Below are positions 56,117 to 64,000 of a stretch of 64,000 nucleotides of DNA, in pieces; within the stretch, counting starts at the first letter, position 1; each line of letters opens with the position of its first letter. The stretch is from an uncultured Bacteroidales bacterium (GTDB lineage Bacteria; Bacteroidota; Bacteroidia; Bacteroidales; VadinHA17): the NCBI GenBank assembly GCA_963700275.1, contig CAVOWZ010000001.1:344151-408150 (forward strand), given 5' to 3'. The position numbers were made by a program, and so were the translations under genes. The notes below the pieces were generated by a model that worked only from the letters and a program-made list of their open reading frames with translations, was not told where the DNA came from and did not search any database.

Positions 56117-57724
56117 TTATTCGTTTGAAGCTTCAGCTTTCTTCCTTCTCGATGCTGTCTGAATACATTCTCTCGTAGAAACAATAACCGAAACACCCCT
56201 GTATTCAAATTCTTCTTTCATGATCCTTACATTCTCCTCATGATTTTTTCTGAGGGGAATGATTGTCCTGATATGATCATTGCTGACTCCCAGGCCTGAA
56301 CATATCTTTTCGAGTTTACCGGTACCTTCTGATTTCTGACCTCCTGTCATTCCCGTGGTAAGGTTATCGGATATTATTATTGTAACCGGCGAGTTCTTGC
56401 TTACGGCATCCAGCAGGCCGGTCATGCCTGAATGGGTAAAAGTTGAATCACCTATAACTGCAACAGACGGGATCAGCCCTGCATCGGCAGCACCAATTGC
56501 CATTGTAACGGATGCTCCCATATCCACACATGAATTAATTGAATTGTATGGTGGCAATGCTCCCAGGGTATAACATCCTATGTCGCTGAAAACACGTCCC
56601 TGTCCGAATGGTTTTATAGCTTCTATCAGAGCATTGAACGTGTCTGAGTGTCCGCATCCCTTGCAAAATGATGGCGGACGTGTTTTTACAACTTCTGGAA
56701 CACTTCGGCCCTGACTGATATTCAGTCCCAGAGCCCTGGCTACAACAGATGGATTCAGCTCGCCATCTCTTGGTACTGTACCGTCAAGCCGGCCCAGGAT
56801 TTTCACACCGTTGTCAAGTATTCCCCTTATGCCCTCCTCAATCAGCGGAAATCCTTCCTCCAGGATGAGTATCTCATTGCACCTGTTCACTATTTCTTTT
56901 ATCAGATCGGCAGTGAACGGATAAGCACAAATTTTAAGTACAGGAAGGTCAATTGCCGTTTCTGCCAGATTTTCCATAAGGTAATTATGAGCTATCCCGC
57001 ATGTAATTATTCCCAGCTCTCTCCTTTTTGAATCGGTGAAGGAATTATATTTCGATATCCTTATATCATATCGTAGTGATTCATAAGTCGCCAGAAGTTT
57101 TTTATATTTTTTTCGCGCAAGAGCGGGAAGCAGAACGAACTGGATAGGGTCAGCCGGAAGTTTAAGTTCATTCTCTGGTACCGGATAATTTACCTGTTCG
57201 ATGCTTGCCCTGGAATGTGCGAGTCTTGTTGTAATCCGCATAAGTACCGGGATCCTGTATTTTTCAGATAATTCAAATGCATCTAACACCATATCATAAG
57301 CTTCCTGCTGACTGGAAGGTTCAAAGCAGGGTATAAAAGCAAACTTTCCATAAAATCTGGAATCCTGTTCATTCTGGGAGGAGTGCATAGACGGATCATC
57401 AGCTGAAACGACTATAAGACCGCCATTTACTCCTGTCATGGCAGAATTGATAAAACTGTCAGAAGCAACATTAAGTCCGACATGCTTCATGGCCACCATT
57501 GCTCTCTTTCCAGCATATGACATTCCCAGAGCCGCTTCCATGGCAGTCTTCTCATTAGCAGACCATTCCCGGTGAATCCTGCGTTCCGCTGCAATGGCTG
57601 ATGCCTGTATATATTCCATTATTTCAGTCGAGGGAGTGCCTGGATAAGCATACATCCCGCTCAGTCCCGCATCAATTGCAGCCTGTGCAATTGCCTCATC
57701 TCCCAGCAAAAGAAGTCTATTCAT
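56117..57724 (-). CDS. iorA: Indolepyruvate:ferredoxin oxidoreductase subunit alpha (TPP enzyme)
   Basis: LLLGDEAIAQAAIDAG...YPGTPSTEI N-terminus, CKGCGH Cys motif and TPP-binding GDSTFTHSG. Confidence 0.85.
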   Translation of the reverse strand: MNRLLLLGDEAIAQAAIDAGLSGMYAYPGTPSTEIMEYIQASAIAAERRIHREWSANEKTAMEAALGMSYAGKRAMVAMKHVGLNVASDSFINSAMTGVNGGLIVVSADDPSMHSSQNEQDSRFYGKFAFIPCFEPSSQQEAYDMVLDAFELSEKYRIPVLMRITTRLAHSRASIEQVNYPVPENELKLPADPIQFVLLPALARKKYKKLLATYESLRYDIRISKYNSFTDSKRRELGIITCGIAHNYLMENLAETAIDLPVLKICAYPFTADLIKEIVNRCNEILILEEGFPLIEEGIRGILDNGVKILGRLDGTVPRDGELNPSVVARALGLNISQGRSVPEVVKTRPPSFCKGCGHSDTFNALIEAIKPFGQGRVFSDIGCYTLGALPPYNSINSCVDMGASVTMAIGAADAGLIPSVAVIGDSTFTHSGMTGLLDAVSKNSPVTIIISDNLTTGMTGGQKSEGTGKLEKICSGLGVSNDHIRTIIPLRKNHEENVRIMKEEFEYRGVSVIVSTRECIQTASRRKKAEASNE

Positions 57725-57845
57725 AATGAGAAATTTAAAGTTCTGAAATTATTAAAATTTAGTTAAATCTTTCCCGTTACACTCAATAATGTTTACTTTG
57801 CAGGTGCATACAGGATTAGTGACTTAATTTTTAGCAGTTAATTAA

Positions 57846-58541
57846 TTGAATAAATTCTTTCATACCGTTGTTCTGCTGATCTTAATAATTTTTTCGACCG
57901 GAGGCCGGATGATTGCCCAGGAAAGGTTCATCCAGCTGAGCGGTATCATCACTGATGAAGCAAACAGGCCTGTGGCAGGAGTTGCCATAATATCGAAAAA
58001 GCTTCAGAGGGGAGCCGTGAGCGAGAGGTCGGGGATCTATTCAATAACCACTGCTCCGGGAGATACGGTGTTTTACAGGGCACTGGGATACAAAAGGTAT
58101 CATACTTTTATTCCACCATCATACTCTGACAGACGTTGCATGGTTGATATTGTTCTTGAACCCGATACAATTTCAATTGCCGAGGTTACTATTATGCCAT
58201 GGCGCAATTATGATGAATTTATCAAGGATATGACCAAAGAGAAGCCAGTTGATCCATTAATTGAAAATATGAATGAGAATCTTGCATCTATCTATGTTGC
58301 AATAACAAATCAGTCAAACCTCAACGTTTCGCCCGAAGCGGGTTACAGATATGCGATGGAGCAGAATTTCAGTACAATGTCAACCCGGAATCAGTTCCCT
58401 GTAAATAACCTTCTGAATCCCTTTGCATGGTCAAGGTTCATCAGTGAGGTCAAAAGAGGCCTTCTGAAGAATCACTCCTTCACCAGGCCACAACAGTCGA
58501 AAGTGATCAAGAAGAAGAAACAGAAACAGGGTAAAAACTGA
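57846..58541 (+). CDS. CarboxypepD_reg-like domain protein
   Basis: Signal-like N-terminus (TTG start), then LSGIITDEANRPVAGVAII...SGIYSI. Confidence 0.6.
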   Translation: MNKFFHTVVLLILIIFSTGGRMIAQERFIQLSGIITDEANRPVAGVAIISKKLQRGAVSERSGIYSITTAPGDTVFYRALGYKRYHTFIPPSYSDRRCMVDIVLEPDTISIAEVTIMPWRNYDEFIKDMTKEKPVDPLIENMNENLASIYVAITNQSNLNVSPEAGYRYAMEQNFSTMSTRNQFPVNNLLNPFAWSRFISEVKRGLLKNHSFTRPQQSKVIKKKKQKQGKN

Positions 58542-59281
58542 TGAAAGATTATCAGGGTAAGCTGGTCGGAATTCTTGGAACTGTAATAATACATCTTGTT
58601 GCAGCGATAATTTTTATGTCGTTCAGGATTCATACACTCAAAAAGATCAGGGAAGAATTTACCGTGGAGTTTGAAGCGGTTCAGGCATCAGATGAAGAAC
58701 AGCTTATCGAGCTTCCGGCATCCTCACTTGAAAGTATTCTCCAGGGTAATGAGGAGCTGCTGAATATTGCAAGGAATCTGGCAAACAGACCTGAAGAGCA
58801 GATTGATCCTGCTGACTATATCGACAAAGTGAAGGAGGAGCTGATAGAAAGCGGAAAGTTGGGACCCGACAATTATATCGATGAACAGAAGAGGATGCAG
58901 GAGATGGAAGGAGAAGAACAGCTTGCATATGAAAACAATAACCAGGAGGAGGATTCCTTAAAAAAGAAGGATTCAAATGAAATGGCCGCCAATTATCAGG
59001 GTCCTACAAGAATATATTACGATCTGGCCGGCCGGAATCATTTATATCTTCCAATTCCCATATATAAATGCCGTGGATCGGGAAAGGTGGTTCTTAAGAT
59101 AGAGGTCAACCAGAAAGGTTTAGTCGAAGATGCCGGAATTATGGAAGCATTAAGCACCACAAATGATCCCTGCCTGATTGAGACCGCCCTTTCAACCGCC
59201 AGGATCTCAAAATTCAACCCGGACATCAGCGCACCGAGAATTCAGACAGGAACGCTCACCTATCATTTCGTTGCACAATAA
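58541..59281 (+). CDS. Membrane-anchored protein with a TonB-C-like C-terminal domain
   Basis: N-terminal TM segment, an acidic linker, and a C-terminal GSGKVVLKIEVNQKGLV... resembling the TonB C-terminal fold. Confidence 0.5.
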   Translation: MKDYQGKLVGILGTVIIHLVAAIIFMSFRIHTLKKIREEFTVEFEAVQASDEEQLIELPASSLESILQGNEELLNIARNLANRPEEQIDPADYIDKVKEELIESGKLGPDNYIDEQKRMQEMEGEEQLAYENNNQEEDSLKKKDSNEMAANYQGPTRIYYDLAGRNHLYLPIPIYKCRGSGKVVLKIEVNQKGLVEDAGIMEALSTTNDPCLIETALSTARISKFNPDISAPRIQTGTLTYHFVAQ

Positions 59282-59364
59282 AATATAGGTAAAGGTTAAG
59301 GTTAAGGCTCAGTGCTCAGAGCGCAGAGCAGGGATTGCCGGACCCAATAATCCCCTCCTGGGAG

Positions 59365-59646
59365 CATAACCGTAAACGTAAGGAGTTTTGGGGGCAGAGT
59401 TTCCCCTCCTTTTTTTAAGGAGGGGTGGCCGGGATGGCTGATTTTGAAATGTTTACAATTCTGCTTTCCCGGCCGGGGTGGTTAAAACGGATTCAGCAGA
59501 AAGGACTAATTTCTCAGGATTACATCAACCACCCCGGCCAGATCATTTATATTTCTGCACGTCAGATGATTTTGTTGTCTGGCCACCCCTCCTTAAAAAA
59601 AGGAGGGGAAAGTTATATCCCTAAAACTCTTTGAGTTGCCGACTGG
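59365..59646 (-). mobile_element. MITE-like nested-palindrome element, copy E (symmetric-end subtype)
   Basis: The reverse complement is collinear with copy A through both hairpin modules and the core. Both ends are of the agttttgggg...agtttcccctcc type. Confidence 0.85.
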
Positions 59647-59673
59647 TCGATCAGGGGAAGGCGCAGAGGAATA

Positions 59674-62600
59674 TTATTTTTTTCCGCTTTTATCCGGGAA
59701 CGGAGGTATTGCCGGAAGCTGTTTTGCTTCAGTTTTAAGTTTTTCGAGAGCAACACTTATAGCCTTATCCAGCTGGTCATCCTGCCCAAGGTATTCCTTA
59801 TGCGGATCATTCTCCACAACAATATCAGGATCGACTCCGTAACCCTCAATAATAAAGCTGCTGCCGTCGGCTGCATATGGAGCCCACGATGGTGTGTTAA
59901 TATTACCACCGTCTATTGTGGGAGCCGGACCTGAAATCCCCACTACCCCTCCCCACGTACGGGTCCCGATAAGAGTACCCAGTTTATTATACTTAAACCG
60001 GTAAGAGAACAGATCACCGTCAGATGCAGAATATTTGTCACACAGGGCAATTTTCGGCCCGAGATGGGTACCTCCCGGATTAATATCTCCAACGGTGGCA
60101 CCTGTATTCATTGTAACATAGTTAATTGTTCTCATCAGCCGCTCGATTATCATCGGGGAGACATTTCCTCCGCCATTGCTGCGGTCATCAATTATCAGCG
60201 CCTCCTTATGCAGCTGGGGATAAAAATGTTCGGCAAACTGATTGAGGCCCGGAACCTGCATGTCGGGAATATGGATATATCCGACCCTACCGTTTGTGGC
60301 TTCACTCACTTTTCTTGTATTTTCCTGCACCCAGTTATAATAATACAGATCCTTTTCTGAAGCAACAGGCTTAACAATAACATTCCTGCTTCCGGTGAAT
60401 GAAGGCTTTGAATTTAATGTAAGCTCAACCAGGGTTCCTGCCTTCCCAACGAGCAGTTCATAAATATCATCAACCTTGTTTACCGGCTCTCCGTTTATAG
60501 CCAGGATGAATTCACCTTCCTTTGCATCGACACCGTTTACTGAAAGCGGTGAAATAAGAGACTGACTCCAGTTGGCTCCCATAAGAATCCGGTCAATCCT
60601 GGCAAAACCAGACGGATCCCTGCTGAGTCTTGCTCCCAGAAGTCCTGTTTCTATTCTTTCAGGCATGGGACGTTCACCATTCATAACATATGCATGTCCG
60701 ACACTCAACTCAGCAATCATTTCACCGATTATATATGTAAGATCAGTTCTATGGTTGATATAAGGAAGCAAAACCGAATATTTTTCATGCATTTTCTTCC
60801 AGTCAACACCATGCATTCCCGGATCGTAAAAGAAATCACGCATCTGTCGCCATGATTCATTGAAGATATTTTTCCATTCCGCTGAGAGATCGACAATCAC
60901 CTTCATATCCCCGGTGTTTATCTGGTCTTTCAACTCTGCTTTTCCTGATGGAACAGGTATTATCCCATATCTGTTTCCCTGCCTCATGACCATCTTTTTT
61001 CCGCTGGGGACAAGAGTTAATGATATTCCTGTTCCGACCTCCACTTCTTTCTTTTCTTTCAGATCAAAATATTTGGTGGCAGGCTGGCCTCCGAGACGGG
61101 AATTCATATTATAAAACAACTTATCACCTGATGATTGGAGATTATTATAATTTCCAGGTTTAACTGGAAGGGAAATCACCCTGTCATTTATCCCGTCGAA
61201 ATCTATTTTCACAGTTTTTGATTCGCTTTCCGGTTTTTTAACCTCGGGTGTTTTCTTATTTTTTCCTGTTGTAGCCGGAGCCGGTGTACTCTTAACCTCA
61301 GCCTCAGCCTCAGCCTCTTTTACCTTATCATCTGAAGCTGCAAAAGGGGAAGGAGTATCTTTTGCAAGCGTAATAAGATATATCCTGCTCATATCCACAT
61401 AAGCATGATTCCATTCAGTTTCGCTGTAAACCGGATTAAAATCTCTCTCAGAGGTAAAGAAGAGATATTTCCCATCTTCGCTGAAAACAGGATCAGCCGA
61501 AAAATACCAGTTATTTGTTACTGCAGTGGATTTTTGTGTTTCAAGATCATAAATCCTGATGATCGGGAATCCGACCTCCTCACGTACGAATGCGATCCAT
61601 CTGCTGTCGGGTGACCAGCTTGCATCATAAGCCGGACTTTTGGGTGATTTATCAACAATTGTTATCTTCCCAGACGCAACATCCACATATCTGAGGTCAT
61701 TCTTTTTGGTGGTATAAAGCAGTTTCTTACTGTCGGGCGACCAGGTTATTCCAAACAGATAAGTATTCTGGTCTTTTGTTACCATGGTAGCCGGCTGTGA
61801 TCTGTCAGCTTTCTGCATCCAGATCTCAAACTCACCACCGGCGTCTGATATCCATGCTATGTTTTTACCATCAGGAGACCACCGGGCATTTCTTTCATGC
61901 ACTCCGGAAGTTGCTGTAATATTTCTTGTAACACCCTCCTTAACAGGAACATTAAAGACATCACCCCGGGCGCTGAAAATGACTCTTTCCCCATCCGGAG
62001 ATGGACTTACAGCAGTTATCCTTTCGGAAGCATCTTTCAGCGCTTTCTTTCCTGCCTCAAAATCGTCTGCAATATAAATTGTTACTTTCTCAGGCTTGCG
62101 CGATTTTGCATCCATCTTATAAATGAATCCTCCGTTCTCAAAAACGATCTGATCCTTGCCGGCGGACGGGAATTTTATATCGTAAGTATCGAAATTAGTC
62201 ACTTTTTCTGTTTTCCCGGAAACTGTATTATAAACAAACATATTCATGATCCTGTCCCTGTCGGAGAGAAAGAATATATCATTACCTATCCACATCGGGA
62301 AGATTTCCTGGGCCTTTGTATCGGTTATTTTTTCAACCTTCCCGGATTCAAAATCAAATATTCTTATATCATCGGCCATTCCGCCTTCATAATATTTCCA
62401 GGTTCTGAATTCACGGAACACCCAGTTAAATGCCAGTTTTTTCCCATCTGCAGAAAATGAGCAGAATCCGCTTTTAGTAAGGGGTATCTCCTTCGACATT
62501 CCTCCTTCAGGCGACACCATAAAAAGTTGTCCGAGGAAATCGCTTATTGAATTCTGTCTTGACCTGTAAACTATATTCTTTCCGTCAGGTGTCCATGTCA

Positions 62601-62970
62601 TTACTATATTATTTGGCCCCATTCTGTCGCCAACATCATCTCTCGACAGGGTGGCGGTATGAGTAAGCCTTTCGGGAGTTCCGCCCTCCGACGGTATGAG
62701 GAATACTTCGGTATTTCCGTTATACTGGCCGGTAAAAGCAATCTGTTTACCATCGGGAGAGAATCTCGGAAATATCTCATATCCTGTATCGGTGGTAAGT
62801 TTACGGGCTATTCCACCGGCAGCTGCTACCGAATAAAGATCGCCGGCATAGCTGAAAACTATCTGATCGCCGTTTATTGCCGGGAATCTCAGCAATCTTG
62901 CCTCATCCGTTGCTGATAATGAAAAACATACTGATAACAGTATGAAAGTTAGTTTGAGTTTTGAAATCAT
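59674..62970 (-). CDS. Tricorn-protease homologue (beta-propellers + PDZ + S41 peptidase)
   Basis: 1098 aa with a signal peptide. RFPAINGDQIVFSYAGDLY...FPRFSPDGKQIAF propeller repeats and a C-terminal S41-like region. Confidence 0.85.
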   Translation of the reverse strand: MISKLKLTFILLSVCFSLSATDEARLLRFPAINGDQIVFSYAGDLYSVAAAGGIARKLTTDTGYEIFPRFSPDGKQIAFTGQYNGNTEVFLIPSEGGTPERLTHTATLSRDDVGDRMGPNNIVMTWTPDGKNIVYRSRQNSISDFLGQLFMVSPEGGMSKEIPLTKSGFCSFSADGKKLAFNWVFREFRTWKYYEGGMADDIRIFDFESGKVEKITDTKAQEIFPMWIGNDIFFLSDRDRIMNMFVYNTVSGKTEKVTNFDTYDIKFPSAGKDQIVFENGGFIYKMDAKSRKPEKVTIYIADDFEAGKKALKDASERITAVSPSPDGERVIFSARGDVFNVPVKEGVTRNITATSGVHERNARWSPDGKNIAWISDAGGEFEIWMQKADRSQPATMVTKDQNTYLFGITWSPDSKKLLYTTKKNDLRYVDVASGKITIVDKSPKSPAYDASWSPDSRWIAFVREEVGFPIIRIYDLETQKSTAVTNNWYFSADPVFSEDGKYLFFTSERDFNPVYSETEWNHAYVDMSRIYLITLAKDTPSPFAASDDKVKEAEAEAEVKSTPAPATTGKNKKTPEVKKPESESKTVKIDFDGINDRVISLPVKPGNYNNLQSSGDKLFYNMNSRLGGQPATKYFDLKEKKEVEVGTGISLTLVPSGKKMVMRQGNRYGIIPVPSGKAELKDQINTGDMKVIVDLSAEWKNIFNESWRQMRDFFYDPGMHGVDWKKMHEKYSVLLPYINHRTDLTYIIGEMIAELSVGHAYVMNGERPMPERIETGLLGARLSRDPSGFARIDRILMGANWSQSLISPLSVNGVDAKEGEFILAINGEPVNKVDDIYELLVGKAGTLVELTLNSKPSFTGSRNVIVKPVASEKDLYYYNWVQENTRKVSEATNGRVGYIHIPDMQVPGLNQFAEHFYPQLHKEALIIDDRSNGGGNVSPMIIERLMRTINYVTMNTGATVGDINPGGTHLGPKIALCDKYSASDGDLFSYRFKYNKLGTLIGTRTWGGVVGISGPAPTIDGGNINTPSWAPYAADGSSFIIEGYGVDPDIVVENDPHKEYLGQDDQLDKAISVALEKLKTEAKQLPAIPPFPDKSGKK

Positions 62971-63083
62971 GGTTCAATTATTTAAATTCAAGATAGTGCC
63001 CTAATTTAGAAAAAAATCCTTAGTGTCCGATTAAATTTAGTGAGTGTGGACTTAATATTAATTTTAGCTACCCCGCCAAAGCG

Positions 63084-63303
63084 CATGGCCGAAACCTAAG
63101 GAGGTTTGGGATTTAAGTTTCCCCTCCTTTTTTCAAGGAGGGGTGGCCGGGATTGCTGATTTTGAAAAGTTTACAATTATGCCTTCCCGGCCGGGGTGGT
63201 TAAAACGGATTCAGGAGAAGTGAACTAATCTCTCAGAATTACATCAACCACCCCGGCCAGAATATTTACATTTCTTCACGTTAGACGATTTTGTGGTCTG
63301 GCC
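63084..63303 (-). mobile_element. MITE-like element, copy F, truncated at 63303
   Basis: Collinear with copy E from the TIR catggccgaaacc to gtctggcc. The final acccctcc hairpin and TIR are missing. Confidence 0.8.
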
Positions 63304-64000
63304 AGGCATTTAAATTGATCTTCTTTACTATCATATTCAAAACGATCTGAAAGAAAGGTTTTCTTATTGTGACCGTGAGTTTTTTCGATGTCAAATGATG
63401 TTATATTTTACATAGTTACCAAGCTTCTGGTCTGTTATATAACTTATAGTTCTCCTCACTGCCATATCCTGCATCTGCTATGATATTTGCCGGCAGCGCT
63501 TTTAGCTGTGTTTTTACCTTATCAAAGAACGGGATTAATACAGATGTATCCGCAGCTTTCTGATATATACCGTAGCTCAATATAAACTGATCCTCAGTTG
63601 CGATCTGAACATTATATGCAGGCTTTAACTGACCCATTCCAAGATGATCTTCTTTCATACGAAAGAATGTGGCATCTATGTCGGTTTTTGAACAGCTGTT
63701 GCGCTGCTGTAACATATCTTTCTGCTGCTCATACTTTTTCAACTTTGGCACGTACTCATTTTTAAGCTTTTTGACCTCAGAGGTTACTCGTTTTGATTTT
63801 GTCCCATTTGATAGTTTCTGGTTGATATCATCTACCAGCTTCTCAACCTTCTCTGCTGTTATATGGCCCTCTAACTCTTCCAGGTTATGTATACCGTATT
63901 CAGCATCTTCCTCTTTCTGAAGTTGTTCAATGTGAGATAATAATTTTTTTACTCTTTCTTTCGTCTTAGATTCATGCCTTTCTACATTCTTCCTCCATAT
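63304..64000 (-). pseudogene. IS1182-family transposase fragment (runs off the window, frameshifted and 3'-truncated)
   Basis: SKTDIDATFFRMKEDHLGMGQLKPAYNVQIATE...ADAGYGSEENY. The frame is open to position 64000. Downstream pieces NYVKYN and FDIEKTHGHNKKTFLSDRFEYDSKEDQFKC lie in other frames and stop at the MITE junction. Confidence 0.75.

Overview
This is a Bacteroidota-type chromosomal segment, judged from a SusC/SusD pair, many lipoprotein or signal-peptide proteins and a tricorn-like protease. It is mostly housekeeping and glycan-utilisation genes, but it is unusually rich in repeats and mobile DNA.

Main content:
- **Carbohydrate and metabolism genes:** dlgD/yiaK-like dehydrogenase, CE15 esterase, GH38 mannosidase, GH140-like hydrolase, gamma-glutamyltransferase and IorAB.
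- **Hyf-like operon (17165-24375):** six genes resembling a group-4 hydrogenase / complex-I module. The catalytic subunits have lost the metal-ligand cysteines.
- **Degraded RHS polymorphic-toxin island (26.8-33.4 kb):** orphan toxin and immunity cassettes.
- **Other loci:** a DUF6364/PIN toxin-antitoxin pair, an ABC-2 exporter, and an IS110/IS1111-type insertion sequence with a candidate 3' bridge/seek RNA.

Most notable observations:
1. A structured, TIR-bounded (terminal-inverted-repeat-bounded) palindromic element occurs six times in 64 kb. One copy carries an intact DUF559 (Vsr-fold) endonuclease gene. The other five look like its non-autonomous deletion derivatives.
2. The hydrogenase-like complex has no CxxC motif in its large subunit. 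In its small subunit, Asp replaces two of the four proximal Fe-S cluster cysteines.
3. The IS110-family element sits in the hairpin of a REP-like (repetitive extragenic palindrome-like) unit. Its 3' non-coding region contains guide-like matches to both halves of that target.
4. The same REP-like unit forms a 6-copy tandem array at the window start.
5. Four otherwise conserved genes (PiT, GH38, an OMP beta-barrel, SusC) carry single frameshifts. This could be real decay or assembly indels.

All functional calls come from reading the supplied translations and my recollection of the protein families. No database search was run.
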